The position numbers and the translations under genes are program-made. Below, piece by piece: positions 1 to 9,987 of a stretch of 64,000 bases of DNA (its first letter is position 1; each line of letters begins with the position of its first letter). The notes under the pieces are model-generated. The model did no database searches and was not told the origin of the DNA. It saw nothing but the letters and a program-made list of their open reading frames with translations. Source of the DNA: Candidatus Binatia bacterium. GTDB lineage: Bacteria > Desulfobacterota > Binatia > Bin18. The stretch is from assembly GCA_963664395.2 (NCBI GenBank), contig OY761159.2, forward strand, positions 3,360,001 to 3,424,000, written 5' to 3'.

Positions 1-3000
1 GACGCCGTTGCTGATAGTGAAGTCATCAGCGTCGTCTCCGGCCAGCCTCCAGGTGAGTGACTTCTTCTCCGGGTCGGTGGCGTCGTATTCAGTGACCGGG
101 AGAATGCTGTTCTCGGCATGCGAGACACTGTCTTTGCCGGTCAGCGTGGGCGATTCGTCCACGTCGGTGACTTCGATAGTCACGGCGATGGAGTCGGAGT
201 CTGCGGAGGGGTCGGTGGCCGTCACGGGGTCGGTGGCCGTCACGGTGACGGCGTAGCTGGGCTTGGTTTCGTGGTTCAGCTCCGTTCCTGAGGCTACCGT
301 CAGTTGGCCTTGGCCGGTGCTGTCGTCTATGTCAAACGAAACGGCGTCGGTACCTGAAAGCGTGTAAGTCAAAGTCTCGTTGGTGGGATCGGTAGCGACG
401 ACCGGGGCGCCAACGTTCGTGCCGGCGGTCGCATCCTCAGGGACGCTCCGGGTGGTGGTGTCTCCAGGGAAGTAGGGCGCGTCGCCTGAGGGCGTCCCGG
501 TGGCCGTGTATGACCACGCGCCGTCGCCCTGGTCGTTGACCGCCCGCACCTGGATGTCGTAGGCCGCGTCATCGGACAGGCTGGGGATGATGTGTTGCAG
601 AGCGCCGCCAGAAGTCCAGCCGGTATCAACCTCCGTCCAGTTGTCGTCGTCCGTCTCGTCCTCTGTGGTCTTGATATAGCGCACATCGTAGCCGGTGACG
701 GCGGATGCGCCAGTATTGGTCGGCTCCTTCCAGGTAACAGTGAGGGAGCCGATCCCCGGAGTCACTTCGTCGATGTCCGGTGCTCCGGGGGTGGATCGAT
801 GTCCGTAGACGGTGAGACTCCACGAATACAGCCTGCCGGGATTTCCCGCGGATACACGGTCGCTGAGGCGCAGCGTCCATGTCCCGGCCGGGTTCTCACC
901 CAGATGCTTGGCCGAGCCGAACCGGAAGCTCCCCTCTAATCCGTATGTCGCACGGTAGACGCCCGATCTGGGGGGATCGTAGGGAACAGACAAGACGGAC
1001 ACCTTACCCGCCGGGGAGACCAACTCTACCTGCAAGTCCCGGAAGGATAGGTGGTCGAAGTCGGCGTTGATTTCGACGAATTCGGTGAACTCGACCTCAG
1101 AGCCCAGGGTGAGGCTGTTCGTGACCCAGGTGCGCGAATCGGGAATTATCATGTACCCACCGGTGAAGGGCGCGGAGTATGCGCTTGCCTCTGTCAGCGT
1201 CGGAAGTTTGGTCCAGCCGTCGGCCAGATCCACAGCGGCCTTGGCGTCTACCACGCCGAAGCCGTACTCGTGGTTGAAGTGGTAGCGCTCCGTGTCAGAG
1301 CCATATTTCAGCGTGCCGTCCTCCCAGCCGGTGTTGTCCGGGTCGTTCTGGCGGGCGGACGCGGCCAGGATGAGCTTCACGTCTCGCCAAGTCAGGTTGG
1401 AGTTGGCCTTGCGTATCAGCGCAACCACGCCGGAGACGATGGGGGTAGCCGCACTGGTGCCGCCAAAACTGTTTCTATAGAAGTCGTCGTTGTCGGTAGT
1501 GGTGATGCCGTGGCGGTCGCGGGTGCGGTCATTCGACGGAGCGCAGACCCACAGGTTGGCACCCTCTTCCGAATACGCGGAGCGCTCGCCCTGGTCGTTT
1601 ACTGCGCAGACGGCGGTGACGCCGTAGTGGTTGGCGTACCCGTCGAGGTTGGAGTTGTCTCCATCATCTCCCCCGTTTCCCGCGGCCCAGGCATAGAAGA
1701 TGCCCTTACGGCCAAAACCTTCCGTGATGCCTTTCTCCACCGCCATCTCCCATATGCCGTGGGCGGCGTCCAGCCCAGGCCCGTCGTAAGGTCCCCAACT
1801 ATTGTTGGAGACGGCTGTTGTATCCAGATCGCGTTTCGCAGCGTCGGCTTCGTTTGCAGCGGTGGAATCCAGGATGAGGTTGTAGCCGTAGATTTTTGCC
1901 TGGGGCGCGACACCCCGCACGCCCAGGCTGTTATTCTGCGCCGCGATGATACCCGCCACCGCCGTGCCGTGGTCTTCGAGAGGATGAAATATGTCGTTCC
2001 TGTCGGTGTAATCGTGGTTGCGCGTCGTATCCACGTTGGCGCTCAGATCCTCGTGCGTATAATCCATGCCATCGTCAACCACGGCCACATTGATGTCTTT
2101 CCCCAGGTTGTCGGCGGTCCAGACCTCTTCGACGTTGATGTCTTCGCCTGCCGTCCCCCCTGTGAGTTGTCCCGTGTTGTTCAGATGCCACTGGCAGCCG
2201 TACAGCGGGTCGCTGACTGTGGCATCGATATCCGCACAACCGTCTAGAAAGTTGTTGTAGCCCGCGACTTCAAACGCGCGAATGGTGTACGTCCCGGTGT
2301 CGCCACTGTCGGAACTGACCTTGATGTAGTAGGTGCCCGCGTCGAGGCGGTCGTGGAGAAAAAAGGTGGACAGTCTGTCCCCGAACCCTATTCCATACAG
2401 ATTTGTGTCAACCGCGCCGCCGTCTGCATCAAGCAACTCTCCGTCAATATCCACCGTTGCACTCACGGCCCCCACGAAGATGGGCGTGGTTTCGGGGACC
2501 ACGAGGCGGAAGTAGTCCTCATCGCTTGATGGGTCTATCCGGCTCCCTTCTGCGATGCCGAGGTCCAGGGTGGTGGCGGTAGCGCGCGTGTTGCCCGGCT
2601 CATTGGCTTTGTTGACGTGCAAGGTGTAGGGCCCGGTGTCGTACTTGTCATAGCTGCTGACCTGGATGTAGTACGTCCCGGCGTCGAGTCGGGTGCGGAT
2701 CAGGAATTGAAACAGACTCGGCCACAGATACCCGTCATCGTTGAAGGCAAGAATCTCCATTCTGTCGCTGTTGAGGAGTATCCCGACCGTATCACCCACA
2801 AGACCGGTGGTATGAATGACGATATCGGTCGTTTCCGAGAGTTCTATCTTGAAGTAATCCGTATCGTCGTCCGGGCCGCCCTCTGGAGAGATAAGCCCGT
2901 TTGCAGCCCCGTTTCCAGCACTGTCGAAGGTGATCTCAACTGTGGTGGTGGTGGGAGCGCCGGGTGCGGTCTGCGCCCAGGCTTCGCCAGCAATCAGTAG

Positions 3001-3060
3001 CAGCCAACACAGTCCCCACACTGCCGTCGGCAGCAGTGTTTTCCTCACGTGCGAGTGCAT
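1..3060 (-). CDS. Secreted S8 (kexin/subtilisin-like) serine peptidase with PPC-like repeats, P-domain, fibronectin type III and cadherin-like domains; 3' end runs off the window
   Basis: Manual translation from ATG at 3060 (MHSHVRKTLLPTAVWGLCWLLLIAGEAWAQ signal peptide). Catalytic motifs VAVVDDG, DHGTAVAG, AAGN, GGTSAATP; HFNHEYGFG; YDIQVRAVND (FN3); LNHETKPSYAVTVT (cadherin-like). Absent from the ORF track because there is no stop inside the window. Confidence 0.9.
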   Translation of the reverse strand, partial: MHSHVRKTLLPTAVWGLCWLLLIAGEAWAQTAPGAPTTTTVEITFDSAGNGAANGLISPEGGPDDDTDYFKIELSETTDIVIHTTGLVGDTVGILLNSDRMEILAFNDDGYLWPSLFQFLIRTRLDAGTYYIQVSSYDKYDTGPYTLHVNKANEPGNTRATATTLDLGIAEGSRIDPSSDEDYFRLVVPETTPIFVGAVSATVDIDGELLDADGGAVDTNLYGIGFGDRLSTFFLHDRLDAGTYYIKVSSDSGDTGTYTIRAFEVAGYNNFLDGCADIDATVSDPLYGCQWHLNNTGQLTGGTAGEDINVEEVWTADNLGKDINVAVVDDGMDYTHEDLSANVDTTRNHDYTDRNDIFHPLEDHGTAVAGIIAAQNNSLGVRGVAPQAKIYGYNLILDSTAANEADAAKRDLDTTAVSNNSWGPYDGPGLDAAHGIWEMAVEKGITEGFGRKGIFYAWAAGNGGDDGDNSNLDGYANHYGVTAVCAVNDQGERSAYSEEGANLWVCAPSNDRTRDRHGITTTDNDDFYRNSFGGTSAATPIVSGVVALIRKANSNLTWRDVKLILAASARQNDPDNTGWEDGTLKYGSDTERYHFNHEYGFGVVDAKAAVDLADGWTKLPTLTEASAYSAPFTGGYMIIPDSRTWVTNSLTLGSEVEFTEFVEINADFDHLSFRDLQVELVSPAGKVSVLSVPYDPPRSGVYRATYGLEGSFRFGSAKHLGENPAGTWTLRLSDRVSAGNPGRLYSWSLTVYGHRSTPGAPDIDEVTPGIGSLTVTWKEPTNTGASAVTGYDVRYIKTTEDETDDDNWTEVDTGWTSGGALQHIIPSLSDDAAYDIQVRAVNDQGDGAWSYTATGTPSGDAPYFPGDTTTRSVPEDATAGTNVGAPVVATDPTNETLTYTLSGTDAVSFDIDDSTGQGQLTVASGTELNHETKPSYAVTVTATDPVTATDPSADSDSIAVTIEVTDVDESPTLTGKDSVSHAENSILPVTEYDATDPEKKSLTWRLAGDDADDFTISNGV

Positions 3061-3077
3061 GGTCTTGGGTCAGTCGT

Positions 3078-3689
3078 TCACTTTGTTGTATGTTCTCTCC
3101 ACCAATTGGGGCTGGAGATGAGTACCCCGTCCTGCGCGGCCAGAGTGTTAGCCAAATTCAGAGACGCAAAGCCTGGCTCGGTCTCCACGAAGAAACTGTT
3201 GGCGGCGACATCCAAGTCTGACACCCGGCCCAGCTTGATTCGGTTGCGGGCGAAAAAGGCATTGGTCTCTGCCGTGCTCCACTCCGCGTCCAGCACTAGC
3301 AGGACACCGCCGGGCAAGGTCATCAGGGTGCCCGAGGATTCGGAGCGGAACACCGGTTGCCCGGTGCTTGTTTCGGAGCGGTCCTTCGTGGAGCTGTCCT
3401 TGGTCACGATGTGCTCTCCGCTGCCTCTGGCGACGCTGCTGTCCCCGCTCACCTCCAGGTCGGACTGCAACCGCACCCGCACGGTGCGGTCGCCATCTTC
3501 GTAGGTGTAGACCGGCCCCTGATCGCTTTGGCCGGAGTCGCTTCGTGCCTGGGGACTGCGCTGTTTCAGAGCGGGAGAGCGCTTTTTTTGTGAAGGCGGA
3601 TCGATCGATTCAAACTCAAGCGGCTGCGCCCACGCGACCGGCGCCGCAACCACCGCCACAATAACCATACCGATAGCGAATGTACTCAT
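3078..3689 (-). CDS. Secreted protein, possible stand-alone propeptide/external chaperone of the adjacent S8 peptidase
   Basis: Signal peptide MSTFAIGMVIVAVVAAPVAWAQ after a GGAGG RBS; C-terminal part (PGGVLLVLD...SLNLANTLAAQDGVLISSPNW) resembles subtilase prodomains; ends 17 bp upstream of the peptidase start. Confidence 0.55.
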   Translation of the reverse strand: MSTFAIGMVIVAVVAAPVAWAQPLEFESIDPPSQKKRSPALKQRSPQARSDSGQSDQGPVYTYEDGDRTVRVRLQSDLEVSGDSSVARGSGEHIVTKDSSTKDRSETSTGQPVFRSESSGTLMTLPGGVLLVLDAEWSTAETNAFFARNRIKLGRVSDLDVAANSFFVETEPGFASLNLANTLAAQDGVLISSPNWWREHTTK

Positions 3690-3953
3690 CTCACCCTCCG
3701 GTCGTGTCTCACTGCGCCTCCTGGGCCTTTCCATCCTGGGCCTTTCCATCGAGAGCCTGGCCGGGACTCTGACTCCGCACGGACTCTCTCCTTCCAGAAC
3801 TAGCCCATCCCGCCGCCTGTGTCCCTCCTAAAATGGGAGGAATCTTCACACCGAATGACGAGGACGCCGCACTAGGCGACCGGCGCCGCCGAGAGGCGGG
3901 AAGGGCAAACGCGGCGGTGCACCGGGAGGCCGCCCCGCAGGCCGGCCTCCCTA

Positions 3954-4052
3954 TTAAGGTGGGACTGTCGATTCAAACTCAAGCGGTTGCGCCCACACGA
4001 CCGGTGCCGCAACCACCGCCACCACAACCATACCGACAGCGAATGTGCTCAT
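3954..4052 (-). pseudogene. Truncated 32-aa duplicate of the N-terminus of the 3078-3689 gene
   Basis: MSTFAVGMVVVAVVAAPVVWAQPLEFESTVPP* is nearly identical to MSTFAIGMVIVAVVAAPVAWAQPLEFESIDPP; followed by hairpin GGGAGGCCG...CGGCCTCCC (3924-3951). Confidence 0.7.
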
Positions 4053-4112
4053 CCGCGGTCTATTTATTGGATTTTTCCGGCTTTACTACCCGCCCTATAA
4101 GCGTGAAATACT

Positions 4113-4937
4113 CTAGGCCGTCCCTCCGCGTCGGCGCAGCCATTCGACGGTGAGCAAGAACAGCAGTGAGAAGACGATGAGCACGCTGGCCACGGCGAGA
4201 ATCGCCGGGCTGATCTGCTCGCGGATGCCGGTCCACATCTGACGCGGAATGGTGCGCTGCTCCAGGCCGCCCATGAACAGCACTGTCACCACTTCGTCGA
4301 ACGAGGTGGCGAACGCGAAGACGGCCCCGGAAATCACGCCTGGAGCGATCAGCGGCAGCACGACGCGCCGGAAAGTCCGCAGCGGCCCGGCGCCCAGACT
4401 GGCCACCGCGCGATACAGATTGGGGTCGAAACCGGACAGCGTGGCGGTCACCGTGATGACGACAAACGGCGTGCCCAGCGTAGCATGGGCCAGGATGAGG
4501 CCCAGGTGGGTCTGGGTCAGGCCCAGGTTCGAGTAGAAGAAAAACATGCCCGCCGCCGAGATGATCACCGGGGTAATCAGTGGCGAGATCAGCAGGCCCA
4601 TGATCGCCGCGCGACCCGGCAGAGCGGGATTCGTCAGTCCCAGCGCCGCCAGCGTACCGAGCGTGGTCGCCAGGGCGGTGGCCGACAGGCCGATGAACAG
4701 GCTGTTGAGCAGGGCCTGGACCCACTCCGGGTCGCCCATAACAGTCCGGTACCAGCGCAGCGAATAGGCGAGGGGATCCAGACGCAGCATCCCCTCGGTA
4801 AAGGTGAAGTAGGGTTCGGCGTTGAAGCTGAGCGGCACAATCACCACAATCGGCGCAATCAGAAACACGAACACCGCGGTGCAGAACGCCAGATAGGCGA
4901 TCCGACCGGCGCGCTCCCAGGCTCCCTGTGGTCCCAT
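4113..4937 (-). CDS. potC: Polyamine/opine-type ABC transporter permease (PotC-like)
   Basis: Hydrophobic ORF with EAA-like loop LYRAVASLGAGP and FATSFDEVV motif; last gene of the ABC operon. Confidence 0.85.
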   Translation of the reverse strand: MGPQGAWERAGRIAYLAFCTAVFVFLIAPIVVIVPLSFNAEPYFTFTEGMLRLDPLAYSLRWYRTVMGDPEWVQALLNSLFIGLSATALATTLGTLAALGLTNPALPGRAAIMGLLISPLITPVIISAAGMFFFYSNLGLTQTHLGLILAHATLGTPFVVITVTATLSGFDPNLYRAVASLGAGPLRTFRRVVLPLIAPGVISGAVFAFATSFDEVVTVLFMGGLEQRTIPRQMWTGIREQISPAILAVASVLIVFSLLFLLTVEWLRRRGGTA

Positions 4938-4938
4938 C

Positions 4939-6156
4939 TCAGCCCAGCCTCATCCGTTCGATGCCCACCAGGCGGTTGTACACCAGATACAGCCCGAGTA
5001 CGAAGGCCAGCAGGAGGCCGCCGAGCGCCGCGGCCAGCCCCCAGTTCAGGGAACTCTGCATGTGGTAGGCGATCATATTGGCGATGAGCTGGCCGCTGCG
5101 ACCGCCGACCAGCGCCGGCGTGATGTAGAAGCCGATCGCCAGGATGAAGACCAGCAGCGCGCCAGCGCCAACGCCCGGCAGGGTCTGAGGCCAGTAGACC
5201 CGCCAGAATGCCTGGACCGGGCCTGCGCCCAGCGAGGCCGCAGCGCTCAGGTGCAGCCGGGGGATGGTGCGCATGACCGCGTACAGCGGCAGTACCATGA
5301 AAGGCAGCAGAACGTGGGTCATGGCGACCATGGTGCCGGTCATGTTGTAGACCATGGCGAGGCGGCTGCCGTCGGCGATCAGGCCGAGCGACACGAGCGC
5401 GGTGTTGATCACCCCCTGAGTCTGGAGCAGCACGATCCAGGCGGTCGTTCGCACCAGCAAGGAGGTCCAGAACGGAACCAGCACCAGTAGCAGCAAGAGA
5501 TTCGTCCGGCGGGCATGGGCGATCAGATAGGCGACCGGATAGCCGAGCAGCAGGCACAGCCCGGTCAGACTCAGGCTCACGACCAGGGTGCGCCACAGGA
5601 GGGGCACATAGACGCGATACTCGTCCGGGCGCGGGGCGATGTGGCCGTCGCTGCGGCGTTCCAGGTCCAGGGCGTGCAAATAGTGGCGCGCGGTGAAGCG
5701 CTGGCCGGCGCGGCGAATCGCGTGCCAGGTTTGCACATCGTCCCAGGCCGCGTGGATGCCGATCAGCGCGTCGCGCCACGAACGGTCCTCCGCACCGCGC
5801 AATCGACGCGCCGTGCGGGTGATGACGCTCCGCAGTCCGCCGTGCACGCGGTTGATACGGGTGGCGACCCGTCCCAGGGTGCGCTCCTGACGCGCTGTGC
5901 GCAGTTCGCGGGCGAGCATCTCGAACACCGGCTCCGGCGGGGTGTGCGTGCCATCCCAGGCCCGCAACAGGCCGAGGGTTTCGGGCAGCGCATCGGCCAC
6001 CACCGGGTCATACACGCTGCGCGCCAGCATGGTCGCCAGCGGCGCAACGAAGGTCAGCCCGATAAAGGCGACCAGCGGGAGCACCAGCCCCACAGCGCGC
6101 AGCTGTGGGCCGAAAAGAATAAACGTGCCAACATTTGCATGTCTATTGGAGGACAC
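4939..6156 (-). CDS. potB: Polyamine/opine-type ABC transporter permease (PotB-like)
   Basis: PFWTSLLVRT, AAASLGA and LGFYITPALVGG-type motifs. Confidence 0.85.
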   Translation of the reverse strand: MSSNRHANVGTFILFGPQLRAVGLVLPLVAFIGLTFVAPLATMLARSVYDPVVADALPETLGLLRAWDGTHTPPEPVFEMLARELRTARQERTLGRVATRINRVHGGLRSVITRTARRLRGAEDRSWRDALIGIHAAWDDVQTWHAIRRAGQRFTARHYLHALDLERRSDGHIAPRPDEYRVYVPLLWRTLVVSLSLTGLCLLLGYPVAYLIAHARRTNLLLLLVLVPFWTSLLVRTTAWIVLLQTQGVINTALVSLGLIADGSRLAMVYNMTGTMVAMTHVLLPFMVLPLYAVMRTIPRLHLSAAASLGAGPVQAFWRVYWPQTLPGVGAGALLVFILAIGFYITPALVGGRSGQLIANMIAYHMQSSLNWGLAAALGGLLLAFVLGLYLVYNRLVGIERMRLG

Positions 6157-6168
6157 GTTTACTCTTTT

Positions 6169-7255
6169 TCAACGAGCCAGCCATGCGCTGAAGCGCTCGT
6201 TCATCTCGTCGCTGTGATCTCTCCACCACTCCCAGTCGTTGTGCAGGGCGCGGGCGACGTTTGCGGGGCTGTTCGGCATATGCGGCTGCATGTCCACCCC
6301 GGTTTCGAGATGGGTGGTAATCAGGGCTGTGCCCGACTGCCGGGCCGGACTGTAGGCAATATAGCGACCGACCGCGGCCAGGGACTCGGTCCGGGTTGCG
6401 AAGCTGAGAAACTTCCGCGCCGCTGCCAACTTGGGCGTGCCGGCGACAATGCCGAGGATGCCGTAGTCCAGCACCTGGCCGTCCCAGACGATGACAAAGG
6501 GCTGGTTTTCCAGGACCTGGGCGTTGAAGATACGGCCGTTATAGGCCGTGCTCATCACGACCTCGCCGTCGGCCAGCATCTGCGGCGGCTGTGCTCCGGC
6601 CTCCCACCAGACGATCTGGTCCTTGAGCGTGTCGAGCTTGCGGAACGCCCGCTTCACACCCTCCGGCGTGTTCAGCGTGGCATACACCTGATCCACCGGC
6701 ACCCCGTCGGCCATCAGCGCGAACTCCAGATTGACCAGCGGACTGCGGCGCATGCCGCGGCGGCCGGGGAATTTTTCCAGGTTGAAGAAGTCGTCGATCG
6801 TGGTCGGTTTGGGACCGGGCAGGTGTTTGGGGCTATAGGCATACACCGTGGAGTAGAACAGCATGCCGATGCCGCATTCGGTGAGCATACCGGGGAAGAA
6901 ATCCTCCAGCGCGGGTGTCCCGTCCGGCGCCGGGAGCAGGTCGGCGCTGGAGAAAGGTTCCAGCAGACCCTCATCACAGCCCCGCACCGCATCGGCCATT
7001 TCCAGGTCAATCAGGTCCCAGTGCACCTTGCCGGTCTCCACCTGAGCGCGGACCTGGGCCAAGCCGCCGTTATAGGCATCCAGGCGAATGGTGATACGCC
7101 TTCTGGCAGGCGCGGGCGTAGGAGCCTCCCCAGGAGACCACGGTGAGCGATTCGCTGCCGACGGCCGGGCGGCTCCAACTCAGCGTTGCCAGCAAAACGA
7201 TTGCCGCGACGTGGACCGCCGGGCGGATTCGGCTGCAATGTAGGCGGGATGTCAT
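6169..7255 (-). pseudogene. potD: ABC transporter substrate-binding protein (PotD-like), frameshifted near 7091
   Basis: N-terminal ORF 7070-7255 (signal peptide, VVSWGGSY) continues in another frame as IRLDAYNGGLAQVRAQVETG (6169-7062). Confidence 0.8.
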
Positions 7256-7325
7256 GCTGTCTGCTCCTCAAAGAGTAAACGTGGAGTAAACGTGTCCGGC
7301 AGCTCATGTCTATTGGAGGACACGT

Positions 7326-8426
7326 TTACTCTTTCTCATCCGGCGCCATGGCCCGGCAATCGATCGGCGTCCAGCCGATCCGGACTCGGTCTCCCTCCAG
7401 CACGGCGCCGTGACCGACGGTATTCGGAATCTTGATGATGAAGTCCGTGCTGCCACACACGGCCACCCGCAGGCGCAGGTGATCGCCCAGGAAGGTAATG
7501 TCCTCGATGCCGGCCTCAAACCGGTTGCTGTACAGCTCCGGCTTGGGCGCGAGGCAGACCCGTTCCGGGCGGATGGCCAGGGTGACCGGGTCACCCGGTT
7601 TACACGGCCCGACCTGGAAGGCCTGGACGATTTGGTCACCGACCTCTACCCGCGAAATATCGTGCTCAAGGCTGAGGACCCGCCCGTGCAGCAGATTATT
7701 TTCGCCAATGAAGCTGGCAACGAACGGGCGTTCCGGCTCTTCGTACAGCGTTTCAGGCTGGGCGATCTGCTCAATCCGGCCGCGGCGAAAGACGGCCACC
7801 CGGTCCGACAGTACCATGGCCTCCTGCTGGTCATGGGTGACGTAGACGACCGTGACCCCCAGGCTGCGCTGGATGCGCCGGATCTCATACTGCATTTCCT
7901 CACGCAAACGGCGGTCAAGGGCGCCGAGCGGTTCGTCCATCAGCACCAGGCTGGGCTCAAACACCAGCGCCCGGGCGATGGCCACGCGTTGCTGCTGGCC
8001 GCCGGACAGCTCGGCCGGACGCCTCTCCTCAAGTCCTTCCAGGCGCACGAGTTGCAGCGCGCGCCGGACGCGCTCTCGGATCTGCTCCGAGTCGAGCCCG
8101 CGTACTTCGAGCGGAAACGCCAAGTTGCCGCCAACCGTCATATGCGGAAACAGCGCGTAGTTCTGAAAAACCACGCCGATGCCGCGCTTGCGCGGCGGCA
8201 GGTCATGCACCGAGTGGCCGTGGATGCGGATGGTGCCCGAGGTGAGCGGCTCAAAGCCGGCCGGCATCATCAGGCAGGTAGTCTTGCCCGAGCCGGAAGC
8301 GCCGAGCAGGGTCAGGAACTCTCCTTCGTACACGGTCAGATCGAGATCGCGCACGACTTGAACCCGCCCGTCATAGCTCTTGCACACGCGCTCGAATTCG
8401 ACGTGGGCGTTATGGGTTGCCTCCAT
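7326..8426 (-). CDS. potA: ABC transporter ATP-binding protein (PotA-like)
   Basis: Walker A GASGSGKT, signature LSGGQQQR, Walker B LMDEPLGALD, C-terminal TOBE-like region. Confidence 0.9.
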   Translation of the reverse strand: MEATHNAHVEFERVCKSYDGRVQVVRDLDLTVYEGEFLTLLGASGSGKTTCLMMPAGFEPLTSGTIRIHGHSVHDLPPRKRGIGVVFQNYALFPHMTVGGNLAFPLEVRGLDSEQIRERVRRALQLVRLEGLEERRPAELSGGQQQRVAIARALVFEPSLVLMDEPLGALDRRLREEMQYEIRRIQRSLGVTVVYVTHDQQEAMVLSDRVAVFRRGRIEQIAQPETLYEEPERPFVASFIGENNLLHGRVLSLEHDISRVEVGDQIVQAFQVGPCKPGDPVTLAIRPERVCLAPKPELYSNRFEAGIEDITFLGDHLRLRVAVCGSTDFIIKIPNTVGHGAVLEGDRVRIGWTPIDCRAMAPDEKE

Positions 8427-8521
8427 GTTGATCCTGTGTCGCCCGCCTGTCGGGCCTTCAAATCTAGGCGGCTCGCCTCAAAACAAGTGGGGGGTATCCT
8501 GACGTATTCGAGCGAGTGGTG

Positions 8522-9847
8522 TCAAGTTCGGTACGCTGAGGCGTCACCGGGTAGTTCCATCTGCTGACCCGTTCTGATGCCGCGCCGCTCGTCCACCGTC
8601 AGCAGCAGCAAGCCGCCAAGGACAAAAAAACCGACCACCGTTGCCACGCCCAGGCGTTGACTGCCGGTTGCCTGGGTCACTATGCCCAGCAGCAGGGGCC
8701 CGGCGAAGGTGGTAATCTTGCCGGAAAAGGCGAATAAACCGAAAAAGCTGGCAGTGTGCTGCTCTGGTATGAAGCGGGCCATCAGCGTGCGGCTGGCCGA
8801 CTGATTCGGCCCCACGAACAGCCCCAGGCTCAGGCCGGCCAGCCACAGCCAGCCGACGCTGGGCGCCCAGACCGCCAGCAGGCTGCACGCCGTCAGCGCT
8901 ATCAGCGTAACCAGGATGGTGCGCTTACCGCCCAGCCGGTCGTCCACAAAGCCGAACACGCCGGCGCCGATGCCGGCCGTGACATTGAGGGCGATACCGA
9001 ACTGGATGACCTCCGGCAGGCTCATCCCGAACGTGCCCGCCGCGTAGATGCCGCCGAACGCGAAAATGGTGACCAGCCCGTCGTTATACAACAGCCGGGC
9101 GGCCAGCAGCCGGGCGATGTCTGGATAGTGGCGCAGCCGCCCGAAGGTGCGGCCCAGCTCGCGGTAGACCCCCGTACGGGGAGAGGCCGAACCGCTCCCG
9201 GATGGCTGGCGCGGGGCGAACATGAATAGCGGCAGGCTGAACAGCGCGAACCAGCCGGCCGCCAGCAGGCAGACCGCCCGGTAGTTGAAACCGGCCTCGG
9301 TACTGATGCCGAACAAGGGCTGCTCACGCGCCAGCACGGCCAGGGCCAGGACGAGGCTCAGCAGGCCGCCGGCATAGCCCAGCCCCCAGGCCCAGCCCGA
9401 CAGCCGGCCGACCCGCTCGGCCGGGGCCAGTTCGGGCAGAAAGGCGTTGTAGAATACGGTGCTCAGCTCGAATCCGACATTGGCGATCACGAACAGGGAC
9501 AGCGCCGTCAGTCCGGCCCAGGCCAAGTCCGGATGCACGCCGGTCATCCCCGCGCTGGCGATGCAGCACACCAGGGTACACACTCCCAGACAGGTCAGCC
9601 GCCGGCCGCTACGGTCGGCCAGCGCGCCGAGCGGCGGGGCCAGCACTGCCACCAGTATGCCGCTCAGGCCGACCGCACGAGACCACTGCGCCGTACCGGT
9701 CACCTCGTCCGCGGCAATGGCAGTCGTGAAATACGTGGCGTAGACAAAAGTCACCACCAGGGTGGCAAACGCCGAATTGGCCCAGTCGAACATCGCCCAG
9801 GCGACCAATGTCCTGCGGGGTGGAGGCTGGGCGATAGTGGCTCGCAT
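8522..9847 (-). CDS. MFS transporter, UMF1/Atg22-like family
   Basis: WAMFDWANSAF, VFYNAFLP and QSASRTLM motifs; many hydrophobic segments. Confidence 0.85.
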   Translation of the reverse strand: MRATIAQPPPRRTLVAWAMFDWANSAFATLVVTFVYATYFTTAIAADEVTGTAQWSRAVGLSGILVAVLAPPLGALADRSGRRLTCLGVCTLVCCIASAGMTGVHPDLAWAGLTALSLFVIANVGFELSTVFYNAFLPELAPAERVGRLSGWAWGLGYAGGLLSLVLALAVLAREQPLFGISTEAGFNYRAVCLLAAGWFALFSLPLFMFAPRQPSGSGSASPRTGVYRELGRTFGRLRHYPDIARLLAARLLYNDGLVTIFAFGGIYAAGTFGMSLPEVIQFGIALNVTAGIGAGVFGFVDDRLGGKRTILVTLIALTACSLLAVWAPSVGWLWLAGLSLGLFVGPNQSASRTLMARFIPEQHTASFFGLFAFSGKITTFAGPLLLGIVTQATGSQRLGVATVVGFFVLGGLLLLTVDERRGIRTGQQMELPGDASAYRT

Positions 9848-9905
9848 GGCCGATCACATAGCAGGCAGGCGGCGCGGTGACGAGAGACGACGACGCGGGT
9901 TCACT

Positions 9906-9943
9906 GTTTCAATCCTTACCGACCTATTAAGGCCGGCAGCTAC
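9906..9943 (-). CRISPR. Solitary CRISPR-like repeat of a second family (37-38 bp, ends ATTGAAAC)
   Basis: Reverse complement GTAGCTGCCGGCCTTAATAGGTCGGTAAGGATTGAAAC, with a hairpin and canonical 3' handle; highly similar to 24779-24815. Confidence 0.6.
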
Positions 9944-9987
9944 TGATGAATGGTTTGACCGTATCGCAGATTCCAACTAGTCTACCA

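Noticed and set aside
1051-2247. 398-aa plus-strand ORF and many similar long antisense ORFs across the window
   Set aside because: Shadow frames of well-supported opposite-strand genes in GC-rich DNA.
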